Positions 36,239-45,929 of a stretch of 64,000 bases of DNA are shown piece after piece. The notes beneath the pieces were generated by a model. It saw only the letters and a program-made list of their open reading frames with translations. It searched no databases and was not told the DNA's origin. Source of the stretch: an uncultured Oxalobacteraceae bacterium (GTDB lineage: Bacteria; Pseudomonadota; Gammaproteobacteria; Burkholderiales; Burkholderiaceae_D); assembly GCA_903862415.1 (NCBI GenBank), contig CAIOYD010000077.1:60454-124453 (forward strand), in the 5' to 3' direction. The position numbers and the translations under genes are program-made. Positions within the stretch are counted from its first letter, which is position 1, and every line of letters begins with the position of its first letter.

Positions 36239-38038
36239 ATGACCAGATTAGCTCGCTCACTTACTCTCTGCCTGTTTGTTTCTGCCTGTGGCACTGCTCC
36301 GATGGCGCCGTCCACCCTGCATATCGAGGCGCAACCGGCCGTCAATGGCAATATTCCTGAATTGGTACAGCAAAGTGCCAGTCTGAATCCACCTAAAGCA
36401 ACAGCCGCACTCGAAACCTACAGTGTCTCGGTCTACAAGGTACAGGTGCAGTCGTTGCTGTTTGCACTGGCACGCGATGCCAAAGTGAATATCGACATTC
36501 ACCCCGGCATCGGCGGCGAAGTTACCCTCAATGCGCTCAACCAGACCCTGCCTACCCTGCTAAGCCGGATTGCCAAACAGGTGGACATGCGTTTTGAGCT
36601 CAATGGCAGCAATCTGTCAGTCATGCCGGATACACCGTTTTTACGCAATTACAAAATCGATTACGTCAACATCTCGCGCCATACAACGGGGACGGTGAAT
36701 ATTGCCACGCAAATTTCTTCTTCCGGCAGCAATATCGGCGGCGCAGGCGGCGGCGCGGGCAATAACAATTCCACCACGTCGGTGGAAAATAAATCGAATA
36801 ATGACTTTTGGCCGACGTTGGTGAAAAATATCAGCGACATGCTGCACGAAACCGATAAAATTTTGCCAGGCGCCTCGGAATCCAATCCGAATGGCACACC
36901 GGCCGCCACTGCCGTGGCCGAGCCTTCCGTGACCACGGCTACTTCCAAAACACTGACACCGGGTTCCGCCACACCTGCGGCGGTAAAGCCCACCACGTTC
37001 CGTGAAGCGGCTTCGGTGATAGCCAATCCCGAAAATGGGTTGATTGCAGTGCGTGCCACCAGCCGCCAGCATGAACGGGTACAGGAATTTCTGGATCTGG
37101 CGATGTCGTCGGCCAAGCGCCAGGTGTTGATTGAAGCTACGGTGCTGGAAGTACAGTTGAGTGACCAATACCAGCAGGGGATTAACTGGGGTTTCCTGAA
37201 AACCGGCGCTTCTTCGACCACCAATATCAACCAGAGTCCGGTGAATAACGTGGCCATCAGCAGTGCGGTGGTGCCGGGGGTTTCCGCCGGCTTGTTTACC
37301 ATGAATTATTCCAACCCGCTCAGTGCACTGGGGAATATCTCCGCTGCGGTGCAGTTGCTGGAATCGTTCGGCAAGGTTAAAGTGGTTTCCAGTCCAAAAA
37401 TCAGTGTGCTCAATAACCAGACCGCACTGCTCAAGGTGGTGGATAACAATATTTACTTCACTATCACGGCCACCACTACGCCGGGCTCGCTTGGCGTGCC
37501 AGCCACCACCACGTATACCTCAACACTCAATACCGTGCCGGTGGGTTTTGTGATGAGCGTGACTCCGCAGATTACCGACGGTGATGATGTGACCCTGAAT
37601 GTGCGTCCGAGCATTTCACGCATCATTGGTTACGTGCAGGATCCTAATCCGGCGCTGTCAACTGCTGTGCCTTCGGTAGTGAGCAATGTACCGATTATCC
37701 AGAGCCGCGAAATGGAATCGATCCTCAAAGTGTCCAGCGGCCAGATTGCCGTTATGGGTGGTTTGATGCAGGATGAAATCAAAAACAACAAGGATGCGGT
37801 TCCGGCACTCAATTCGGTGCCGTTCCTGGGCAATATTTTCAGCAACCGCAATGAAACTACCAGTAAATCCGAACTGGTGATTTTCCTGCGCCCTATCGTC
37901 ATCAAGGATGCCACGATCAATGGCGACTACAAGGAATACCGTTCGCACATGCCTGACAATATGCCGTTGAATAAAACGCCATACGGTGACGATGAACACA
38001 AACCGGCCGCCAATGCTACCCCCGGGGGTAACTTATGA
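36239..38038 (+). CDS. mshL: Secretin lipoprotein, MSHA-type (MshL-like)
   Basis: It has the lipobox LCLFVSAC|G. The secretin C-domain reads VPALNSVPFLGNIFSNRNETTSKSELVIFLRPIVI. It sits between the exeA-like and TPR genes. Confidence 0.8.
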   Translation: MTRLARSLTLCLFVSACGTAPMAPSTLHIEAQPAVNGNIPELVQQSASLNPPKATAALETYSVSVYKVQVQSLLFALARDAKVNIDIHPGIGGEVTLNALNQTLPTLLSRIAKQVDMRFELNGSNLSVMPDTPFLRNYKIDYVNISRHTTGTVNIATQISSSGSNIGGAGGGAGNNNSTTSVENKSNNDFWPTLVKNISDMLHETDKILPGASESNPNGTPAATAVAEPSVTTATSKTLTPGSATPAAVKPTTFREAASVIANPENGLIAVRATSRQHERVQEFLDLAMSSAKRQVLIEATVLEVQLSDQYQQGINWGFLKTGASSTTNINQSPVNNVAISSAVVPGVSAGLFTMNYSNPLSALGNISAAVQLLESFGKVKVVSSPKISVLNNQTALLKVVDNNIYFTITATTTPGSLGVPATTTYTSTLNTVPVGFVMSVTPQITDGDDVTLNVRPSISRIIGYVQDPNPALSTAVPSVVSNVPIIQSREMESILKVSSGQIAVMGGLMQDEIKNNKDAVPALNSVPFLGNIFSNRNETTSKSELVIFLRPIVIKDATINGDYKEYRSHMPDNMPLNKTPYGDDEHKPAANATPGGNL

Positions 38039-39339
38039 GTTTGCTGATGCAGGCGCTGAAAAAGGCCGAGCAGGCAAAAAAACAGGCGCTGCCGACGAGT
38101 ACCGAAACCGACTATCCGGTGATCGATTCCAGTCTGTCGCCGGTCGCTGCGCCTGAAATTCCAACGCCTGAAAAGCCGTTTGAGCCACTCTCGATAGCAT
38201 CACAACCCGAGCTGCAACTAAGCATCAGCGAACCAGAACCGGCTGCCACGCCGCCGGTATTTGCCAGCGCCCCAGCGCCTGTGGCCACATCGATGGCGCT
38301 ACAGGATTTGGCACCACCAGCATCTCCAGCACCAGGCAGAGCCGAACCACGGCAGTCAGTTGATCAGGCCATGCAGTCACAGCAGCAGGCTCAGGCACTG
38401 TTTACTGCCAAGCAGGCGACGAGCTCCAGCCGCCGCTGGCTGCTCATCGGCACGCTGTTGACAGTCAGTATTGTGTGTGGCGCTGCCGTGTTTTATTTCT
38501 GGCAGGTGTATGGAACGAATGTCCTTATCAGCAAACCGCTGCCAGCGGCCTCTATTGCCGCTAGCCCAAATGCGACCGGACCGGTTGCCGTTGCCACACC
38601 AAAAACGGATAAGCAGGTCGACGTCATGGTTACCAAACCGGCTGGGCTGATGCATCCAAAACCACACCCGGCAGCTTCCGTAACACAGGTACAAACACCA
38701 ACACCTAAATCAGAGAATGGTGCTGACGAACAAATTCAAATCCATAAAACCCTGATTCCGGCCACTATTAATGCCTACCTGCTCAATGCCTATCAACTGT
38801 TCACCGCCGGTGACAGCAAGGGTGCCCGCCCCTTGTATGAAAAGGTGTTGCAGACTGAACCGAATAACCGTGATGCGTTGCTGGGTATGGCGGCAATTGC
38901 CCTCAACAGTCATCAACAGGAACAGGCTGCGGCGCTGTATTCGCACCTGCTCGATCTCGACCCGACCGATGCTGATGCCATTGCCGGTCTGACCAGTCTG
39001 CGGCGCGGCAGTCCGGAATTAAGTGAGAGTCAGCTGAAAAAAGTACTGGCACACAATCCACAATCCGGTCCGACCCTGTTTGAGCTGGGTAATCTGTACA
39101 GTCGCCAGTCGCGCTGGTCCGAAGCGCAGGAAGTGTATTTCCGCGCCTTGGGCAGCACCCCGACGAATGCCGATTATGCCTACAATCTGGCGATCAGCCT
39201 TGATCGTCTCGGGCAGAATCGGCTGGCGCTGGAATACTATCAAAAGGCGCAGGCGCTGGCGACTAAGGCACCGGGCAATTTCAGTGAGGCCGTCGCGGAT
39301 AAGCGCATCGGTCAGTTGCAGTCTGCAGTGAGTCAATAA
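38035..39339 (+). CDS. mshN: TPR-repeat pilus biogenesis protein (MshN-like)
   Basis: It has the N-terminus MSLLMQALKKAEQ, a TM near residue 130 and C-terminal TPR repeats. It overlaps the secretin stop by 4 nt. Confidence 0.6.
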   Translation: MSLLMQALKKAEQAKKQALPTSTETDYPVIDSSLSPVAAPEIPTPEKPFEPLSIASQPELQLSISEPEPAATPPVFASAPAPVATSMALQDLAPPASPAPGRAEPRQSVDQAMQSQQQAQALFTAKQATSSSRRWLLIGTLLTVSIVCGAAVFYFWQVYGTNVLISKPLPAASIAASPNATGPVAVATPKTDKQVDVMVTKPAGLMHPKPHPAASVTQVQTPTPKSENGADEQIQIHKTLIPATINAYLLNAYQLFTAGDSKGARPLYEKVLQTEPNNRDALLGMAAIALNSHQQEQAAALYSHLLDLDPTDADAIAGLTSLRRGSPELSESQLKKVLAHNPQSGPTLFELGNLYSRQSRWSEAQEVYFRALGSTPTNADYAYNLAISLDRLGQNRLALEYYQKAQALATKAPGNFSEAVADKRIGQLQSAVSQ

Positions 39340-39342
39340 ACG

Positions 39343-41046
39343 ATGGCCGAAAAACCCAAACTCCCTCTGGGCAGCCTGCTGATTCAAAAAGGGGTCATCA
39401 GTGAAGATCAGCTGCGCATTGCCTTAATTGAGCAAAAACGCACCGGCGAGCCACTCGGTAAGCTGCTGATCTCGCTCGGTTTTGTGACCGACGCCACCAT
39501 CCGCGAAGCACTGTCAGAAAATCTCGGCCAGCAAAGTACCGATTTGTCGAATATGGTGATCGATGCCACGGCGCTGAAAATGATCAGTAAGGAAGTGGCC
39601 AAGCGTTACAAAGTATTCCCGGTGGTGTACAACAAAAACCAGCGCACCCTGATGCTGGCGATGTCAGACACGTCGAACATCGTTGCGCTCGATCAGATCA
39701 ATGCCATGATAGGCAAAGAATCGACGCTCACACCGATGCTGGCGTCCGAATCTGACATCAACAAAGCGATTGATCAATATTATGGTTTCGAGTTGTCGAT
39801 CGACGGCATTTTGCATGAAATCGAAACCGGCGAAATTACCGAACAAAGTCTGAAAACCGTCTCGGATGAATACAGTCAGCCGCTGGTGCGTCTGATGGAT
39901 GCGATTCTGGCCGATGCGGTGCAGCAGAATGCCTCGGATATTCACTTTGAACCGGAACAGTTTTTTTTGCGCATACGCTATCGGATCGATGGAATTTTGC
40001 GTCAGATCCGCAGCCTGCATAAAAACTACTGGCCCGCCATGGCGGTGCGTCTGAAGGTGATGAGTAACATGAATATCGCCGAAACCCGCGCACCCCAGGA
40101 TGGACGGATTTCGATTCGTTTCTCCGGTCGGCAAATTGACTTTCGTGCTTCGGCCCAGCCAACTGCGCATGGCGAAAACGTAGTGCTGCGGATACTGGAT
40201 CGCGCCAAAGGGATAGTGCCGCTCGACGGTCTGGGTCTGGATGAAGATGCCCTGACCATGCTCAAGCTGATGCTGGCGCGACCAGAAGGAATTATCCTCA
40301 TTACCGGTCCGACCGGTAGCGGTAAAACCACCACACTGTATTCGATTTTGAACCACATTAACACCGAAAGCGTCAACATCATGACGCTGGAAGATCCGGT
40401 CGAATATCCGATGAATATGATCCGTCAGACGTCGGTCAACGAATCGGTCAAAATGGGGTTTGCCAATGGTATCCGTTCAATGATGCGACAGGATCCGGAT
40501 ATTATTCTGATCGGTGAAATCCGCGATGATGAAACCGCTGAAATGGCGTTTTCTGCTGCCATGACCGGTCATCAGGTGTATTCCACCCTGCATACTAACT
40601 CGGCCATCGGTGCGATTCCACGGCTGCAGGATATCGGTATTTTGCCCGATATCATGGCTGGAAATATCATCGGCATCGTGGCGCAGCGTCTGATCCGCCG
40701 GCTGTGCCCACACTGCAAACAGGGTGAAGCTGCCGGTGAAATTGAACGCCGCCTGCTGGGTCTGCATACCGATGCACCGGAAACCGTGATTTACCGCGCC
40801 GTTGGCTGCGACCGCTGTGATCATCAGGGCTATAAAGGTCGCATGAGTATCATGGAACTACTCAAAATTAACAGTGAACTCGATGATTTGATTGCCCGTC
40901 GCGAAACAGTGCGTGAAATCCGCAAGGCGGCCTTATCGAATGGTTTCCGACCACTCGCTGATGATGGCGTGCGGCGGGTGCTCGATGGCTCGACCTCACT
41001 GGATGAAATTTCCCGCGTCGTCGATCTGACGGACCGGCTGGTATGA
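39343..41046 (+). CDS. mshE: GspE/PilB-family assembly ATPase with an MshEN-type N-terminal domain (MshE-like)
   Basis: It has Walker A GPTGSGKTTT and the tetracysteine CPHC...CDRC. The N-terminal tandem motifs are LGSLLIQKGVISEDQLRIALIEQ and LGKLLISLGFVTDATIREALSENLGQ. Confidence 0.85.
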   Translation: MAEKPKLPLGSLLIQKGVISEDQLRIALIEQKRTGEPLGKLLISLGFVTDATIREALSENLGQQSTDLSNMVIDATALKMISKEVAKRYKVFPVVYNKNQRTLMLAMSDTSNIVALDQINAMIGKESTLTPMLASESDINKAIDQYYGFELSIDGILHEIETGEITEQSLKTVSDEYSQPLVRLMDAILADAVQQNASDIHFEPEQFFLRIRYRIDGILRQIRSLHKNYWPAMAVRLKVMSNMNIAETRAPQDGRISIRFSGRQIDFRASAQPTAHGENVVLRILDRAKGIVPLDGLGLDEDALTMLKLMLARPEGIILITGPTGSGKTTTLYSILNHINTESVNIMTLEDPVEYPMNMIRQTSVNESVKMGFANGIRSMMRQDPDIILIGEIRDDETAEMAFSAAMTGHQVYSTLHTNSAIGAIPRLQDIGILPDIMAGNIIGIVAQRLIRRLCPHCKQGEAAGEIERRLLGLHTDAPETVIYRAVGCDRCDHQGYKGRMSIMELLKINSELDDLIARRETVREIRKAALSNGFRPLADDGVRRVLDGSTSLDEISRVVDLTDRLV

Positions 41047-41062
41047 GTGCCGGAGTCTGCAC

Positions 41063-42268
41063 ATGGTAATGTATGCTTACCAATCCATGGATGCCAGCGG
41101 CAGAATCATCCGCGGCAATATGGATGCCAACAATCTGCCCGATCTGGAATTGCGTCTCAAACGCATGGATCTCGACCTGGTGGACTTTCATCTGAAGGCG
41201 AACAAAACCTTCAGTATTAGCAAGGGCAGCGTCACCCGCAGAGATTTAATTATTTTCTGCTTTCATCTGGAACAGATGACGGCGGCCGGTGTGCCTTTAC
41301 TCGAAGGGCTCAGCGACTTACGCGACAGCACCGAGAATCCACGCTTTCGTGCCGTGGTGGCCGATCTGATTGAAAACATCGAAGGTGGTGAACAGTTATC
41401 CGAAGCCATGGCACGGTATCCGGTGGTGTTTGACCGCACCTTCCACGCCTTGATTACGGCGGGTGAGCGCAGCGGTAAATTGCCGGAAGTATTTAAAAAT
41501 CTCAGCGACAGTCTGAAGTGGCAGGATGAACTGGCGGCGCAAACCAAAAAAATCATCATGTATCCGCTGTTTGTCGGCACCATCGTGATCGGGGTGACTT
41601 TTTTCCTGATGATTTTTCTGGTACCGCAACTGGTGAGTTTTATCAAAAACATGGGTGGAGAATTGCCGTTGTACACCACCGCACTGATTTTTATTTCCGG
41701 TATTTTCGTCAATTACTGGTATTTGATTCTGGCGCTGCCGATCCTCGGTTTTATCAGTTTGAAACTGCTGATCAAAAACAATCCGCTGGCGCGTTACCGC
41801 TTTGATGGCTACAAACTGCGCATCTGGCTGGTCGGACCGATTTTGCATAAAATTATACTCTCGCGCTTCACCACCTTTTTTGCGTTGATGTATGCCGCCG
41901 GGATTACCATTCTGGATGCGATTCAATTGTCGGAAGAAATTGTCAATAATGAAGTCATTGCCGATGGTCTGCGGCGTGCGCGCCAGATGATTTCTGAAGG
42001 CCAGGGCGTGACTGCGGCCTTTCAGTCGACCGGAATTTTTCCGCCGCTGGTGATCCGGATGCTTAAAGTGGGTGAATCCACCGGACAGCTCGATACAGCG
42101 CTGCATAATGTCAGTTATTTTTACAATCGTGAAATCAAGGAAATGATCGAACGGGTGCAGGCCCTGATCGAACCGATCATGACGGTGGTGCTGGGTCTGA
42201 TCCTGGGCTGGGTCATGCTGTCGGTGCTCGGTCCGATTTATGACTTGATCAGCAAGATAAAGACTTAG
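41063..42268 (+). CDS. mshG: GspF/PilC-family inner-membrane platform protein (MshG-like)
   Basis: It is 401 aa with the duplicated GspF fold and three TM segments. It follows the ATPase gene. Confidence 0.85.
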   Translation: MVMYAYQSMDASGRIIRGNMDANNLPDLELRLKRMDLDLVDFHLKANKTFSISKGSVTRRDLIIFCFHLEQMTAAGVPLLEGLSDLRDSTENPRFRAVVADLIENIEGGEQLSEAMARYPVVFDRTFHALITAGERSGKLPEVFKNLSDSLKWQDELAAQTKKIIMYPLFVGTIVIGVTFFLMIFLVPQLVSFIKNMGGELPLYTTALIFISGIFVNYWYLILALPILGFISLKLLIKNNPLARYRFDGYKLRIWLVGPILHKIILSRFTTFFALMYAAGITILDAIQLSEEIVNNEVIADGLRRARQMISEGQGVTAAFQSTGIFPPLVIRMLKVGESTGQLDTALHNVSYFYNREIKEMIERVQALIEPIMTVVLGLILGWVMLSVLGPIYDLISKIKT

Positions 42269-42276
42269 GGTTCATT

Positions 42277-43830
42277 GTGCGCAAACATTTACTTTATCTG
42301 ACCAACACGCAACTCACTGCCCGCATGTGGCAGAACGGTCGCCTGTCCGCGCAGGTCAGTTTCTCTAACGAAGCGGCCGGCTGGCAGGCGCTGTCGGGCT
42401 ATTTAAGCGACTTCAAACATGTGCCGGTATTTTTGCTCATGGATTTGATTGAAGAAGATTTTCAGCGCGACACCATTCCGCACGTGCTGGGTAACACCCG
42501 CAAAAACCTGATCGAGCGGCGACTATCGCAGTTGTACCGCGATACACCGTTCCGCACTTACAGTCATCAGGGACGGGAAAAAACCAGTCGCAAAGATGAT
42601 GTCATGCTTTTCAATGCGCTGACCAATGCGCCGCTGATCAAGCCATGGATAGACGCCATCCATCAACAGCAGGTACCGTTAGCCGGGATATTTTCTGCCG
42701 CCCTGCTCAGTACGCTGTTGTTTAAACAATTCAACCTTGGCACCGAACCGGTATTGCTGATCACGCGGCAGTCCTCCGGCATGCGGCAGAATTTTTTTCA
42801 GGGTGGTTATTTACGCTTCAGTCGTCTGATCCAGCTATCGTCGGACGAACCCGCCGCGATTGCAGCCATCGCCAGTCAGGAAATCACCAAAACCCGGCTG
42901 TTTCTGGCCAATGCCAGACTGTTGCAACGCGGTGAATCACTGTACATTGTCGCGATCGACAATCCGGAAACGCTGCACAGCATGCAAGCTGTCGATACGG
43001 AGGCCAGCACCTACCGCTACCTCAGTCTGAACGAAGCCGAACGACAGCTGGGTTTAAAAGCGTTACCAGACAATCGACTCGCCGACACCCTGCTGTTGGC
43101 GCTGCTGGCCAAAAAATCACCGGTCAGCCACTATCCACTGCAGGAACAAAGCCACACCTATATGCTGTGGCAGTTGCGTATTTTGCTGTATTTTTTAAGC
43201 GCCGCGACCGTGGCTGGCTGTGTGCTATGGAGCTCTTCGAATATGCTCGAAACCATTGCCGCTGCGCGCCAGTTCAATCAGCAGCAACAGGCAACCCTGA
43301 ACAACCAGCAGCGCTATGCAGACATCGTTGCCAGTATGCCGAAAACCCTGGTCAACCCACACGACATGAAAGCGGCGGTCGATTTACACGAGCTGCTGTT
43401 GAAAAACAATTCCAATCCCAAGGATCTGTTACGTCTCATCAGTCAGGTACTCGATCATATGCCACAACTGCGGCTCGATGAACTGAGCTGGGAAGTCAGT
43501 GAGCTCAAGGATCTGGCCGAACCGGTCGTTGCAGCAACTCCACAGGGACCGGCCACACCACCGATGGCAACGCTGATTGGTTTGCCGGTCAGACCAGCTG
43601 AAATCGCCATACTCAAAGCGTCGGTCATCCCGTTTGAGCATAATTACCGCTCGGCTCTGGACAGTCTCAATCAACTCGTTGCTGAGTTAAAAACCAATAA
43701 CCATCTCCAGGTCAGTGTAGTGCGCCTGCCGCTCGATACCCGTTCTACTGTGTCCTTAATTGGCGAAGCCGGTCATGAAAACGCCAACGCCGCGGCCAGT
43801 TTTGAATTAAAAATTCTCTGGAAACCGTAA
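42277..43830 (+). CDS. Hypothetical bitopic membrane protein, GspL/PilM-PilN-like topology (possible MshI analogue)
   Basis: It has a GTG start. About 317 cytoplasmic aa are followed by one TM (LRILLYFLSAATVAGCVLWSS) and about 180 periplasmic aa. I recognise no motif, so the assignment rests on topology and context only. Confidence 0.4.
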   Translation: MRKHLLYLTNTQLTARMWQNGRLSAQVSFSNEAAGWQALSGYLSDFKHVPVFLLMDLIEEDFQRDTIPHVLGNTRKNLIERRLSQLYRDTPFRTYSHQGREKTSRKDDVMLFNALTNAPLIKPWIDAIHQQQVPLAGIFSAALLSTLLFKQFNLGTEPVLLITRQSSGMRQNFFQGGYLRFSRLIQLSSDEPAAIAAIASQEITKTRLFLANARLLQRGESLYIVAIDNPETLHSMQAVDTEASTYRYLSLNEAERQLGLKALPDNRLADTLLLALLAKKSPVSHYPLQEQSHTYMLWQLRILLYFLSAATVAGCVLWSSSNMLETIAAARQFNQQQQATLNNQQRYADIVASMPKTLVNPHDMKAAVDLHELLLKNNSNPKDLLRLISQVLDHMPQLRLDELSWEVSELKDLAEPVVAATPQGPATPPMATLIGLPVRPAEIAILKASVIPFEHNYRSALDSLNQLVAELKTNNHLQVSVVRLPLDTRSTVSLIGEAGHENANAAASFELKILWKP

Positions 43831-44532
43831 ATGGCTACTAATCCCCAGACCCCGGACAAAAGCAAGGCTGCCGAAACCCAGCGCGCACGCACCTTTGCGC
43901 GCGATTATTTCCCCACCATCCGCGCTGCCAGCCTGACCTTTGTGGTGTGCGTCCTGCTCGGCGCCGCCATGGTCAGTGCTACCCAGCAGTTGCTGGAGCG
44001 TCAGATCAGCGCACTCCGGGCATCGCAATTACTGGAAAACAGTAGCCGTGCCCAGTTTCGTCAGGTGGAAGTAGAAAAACACGAAATACACGACTTTCAA
44101 CCCATGTATCAGCAACTGGTGATGCACGGCTTTGTCGGTGCCGAGCAGCGGCTGAACTGGATCGACAGTATTCAGGCGATCCAGCAAACCGCCCACCTGC
44201 AACCGCTCAATTATGAAATTGCCGAACAACAGGCGTTTGTGGTTGCCCCCTCTATCGATATGGGCGGATTGGAAGTCCGCGGCAGTAAAATGCTGATTAA
44301 ACTGAGTTTACTGCACGAAATGGATCTGTTTCGGCTGTTAAACGGCATTAAAAGCGATCAACTGTTTGATTTGCAGAACTGCGTCATCAAACGCTGGCCG
44401 GAACCTGATCCGGGCACGTTTCTTCCGCTACTGTATGCCGAATGCACTCTGTACTGGCTGACTGTCGGTAAAGCGGGCGGCGAGCCACCGGACACTGACA
44501 CTAGCATGTCACCCACCGTACCAGGGGCATAA
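43831..44532 (+). CDS. Hypothetical bitopic membrane protein, GspM/PilO-like topology
   Basis: It is 233 aa with a single TM (ASLTFVVCVLLGAAMVSA) followed by a coiled-coil-like segment. It abuts the previous stop. Confidence 0.35.
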   Translation: MATNPQTPDKSKAAETQRARTFARDYFPTIRAASLTFVVCVLLGAAMVSATQQLLERQISALRASQLLENSSRAQFRQVEVEKHEIHDFQPMYQQLVMHGFVGAEQRLNWIDSIQAIQQTAHLQPLNYEIAEQQAFVVAPSIDMGGLEVRGSKMLIKLSLLHEMDLFRLLNGIKSDQLFDLQNCVIKRWPEPDPGTFLPLLYAECTLYWLTVGKAGGEPPDTDTSMSPTVPGA

Positions 44533-44533
44533 C

Positions 44534-44965
44534 ATGTTACGTTATTTTCTTTTACTGTCAGCGATAGTGAGTCAGTCGGCCTGGTCGGGTGACGAAGTCA
44601 GCGGCCGGTTGTTTACCACGGCGGCAGAACGCGCCCAACTGGACCAGAAACGATTGCAGAAAATTCTCCACCCGCAGGCAGATCTGACGGCCACGCCGGT
44701 GCTGGAAAGCGTCACGCTGGATGGCTTTGTGACCCGCAGCAGTGGTAAAAACACGACATGGATCAATCAGACGGAGCAAAATGAAGCCGGGCATGGCAAT
44801 CATCTGCAGGTAACCCAGTTGCCGGGACACGCGGCGGCGATTTCGCTGCAAAGTGCCAACGGCAAACGGGTCCGGCTCAAGGTCGGAGAAACCCTCGATC
44901 TGAATTCAGGTACGGTGCGCAAGGTGTATGAACGGCATGCGGATGAGCCTGCAGCGGCCGAATAG
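44534..44965 (+). CDS. Hypothetical secreted protein, PilP/MshK-like size and position
   Basis: It is 143 aa with the signal peptide MLRYFLLLSAIVSQSAWSG. The assignment is from context only. Confidence 0.35.
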   Translation: MLRYFLLLSAIVSQSAWSGDEVSGRLFTTAAERAQLDQKRLQKILHPQADLTATPVLESVTLDGFVTRSSGKNTTWINQTEQNEAGHGNHLQVTQLPGHAAAISLQSANGKRVRLKVGETLDLNSGTVRKVYERHADEPAAAE

Positions 44966-45005
44966 AAGTAAAATTAAGCCTCACCAGAAGGATCACACCC
45001 GAATC

Positions 45006-45929
45006 ATGTTGAACTCTACCTGCCGCCGCAATCCACAGTCCGGTTTTACGCTGGCTGAAATGGCTATCGTCATTGTCCTGGCTGGCATCTTGCTGACCAT
45101 GGGTTTGAAAATGACCACGGCCAATCTGAATAATGGCGCGTATGCCGAAACGGCATCCAAACAGGCACAGATTAAACTGGCGCTCATCAGCTTTTTGCGT
45201 ACCAACGGCAGATTGCCCTGTCCGGACAATCTCGCTGCACCAGGCCTGCCGCTCGGCAGCGAGCCGGCAACCTGTAATGCCAGTGCCGCCGCCGGTTCCG
45301 GCGTTGTACCCTGGGTCACGCTGCAACTGTCCAAAGACACTGTCGTTGACGGCTGGGGCAATTTTTTTACCTACCGAGTTGCCAACGGGGTTGCGCCCAC
45401 GTTGAAAAACTGGACCACCAGAGCGGTTGCCGCTACTACCTTTGACGTCGGACAGCTCGGGCCACCGGCTTCAGCTACCGGTTTCACTATTCAGCAAGGC
45501 GATGGCGTAACCGCCCTGGCTACCGTTAGCACCACCGCCGTGGCCGTGATTATCTCCTACGGTAAAAACAGTTATGGTGCCAGAACACTGCAGGGGCAGC
45601 TCAACGCCGTACCACCGGCGCTGAATGTGGATGAAACCCAGAATGCACTGCTGGGCGCGAATCGGTTTATCATGCGTCCGACCACCGACACCGGACCAGT
45701 GGGTGGTCCTTTCGATGACCGCGTGGTTTATCTGTTGCCGCAAGATTTGTTACAACCCTTAATTACCGAACAAACCATTTCAGTGTGCCGCTCGTATTGC
45801 CAGTCATGTACCGGTAACGCCACACCGTTTGCGTATTGCGTCGCTGCGGGTGTGCCGTCTATCTCGCCGGTTGCCTGTACGGCAGTCAAGACCATCCCGA
45901 TTGGCAACCCTACCCCGAACTGCCCATGA
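45006..45929 (+). CDS. Prepilin-type N-terminal cleavage/methylation domain protein (large minor pilin, MshD-like) with a Cys-rich C-terminal tail
   Basis: It has QSGFTLAEMAIVIVLAGILLTMG, then RLPCPD and VVPWVTLQLSKDTVVDGWGNFFTYRV. Six Cys occur in the last 50 aa. Confidence 0.75.
   Translation: MLNSTCRRNPQSGFTLAEMAIVIVLAGILLTMGLKMTTANLNNGAYAETASKQAQIKLALISFLRTNGRLPCPDNLAAPGLPLGSEPATCNASAAAGSGVVPWVTLQLSKDTVVDGWGNFFTYRVANGVAPTLKNWTTRAVAATTFDVGQLGPPASATGFTIQQGDGVTALATVSTTAVAVIISYGKNSYGARTLQGQLNAVPPALNVDETQNALLGANRFIMRPTTDTGPVGGPFDDRVVYLLPQDLLQPLITEQTISVCRSYCQSCTGNATPFAYCVAAGVPSISPVACTAVKTIPIGNPTPNCP

Noticed and set aside
36641-40382. Several 100-230-aa minus-strand ORFs inside the secretin and ATPase genes (for example 36661..37302 and 39664..40356).
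   Set aside because: They are antisense to genes with unmistakable secretin and Walker-ATPase motifs. Their translations have no motifs and are typical GC-rich shadows.
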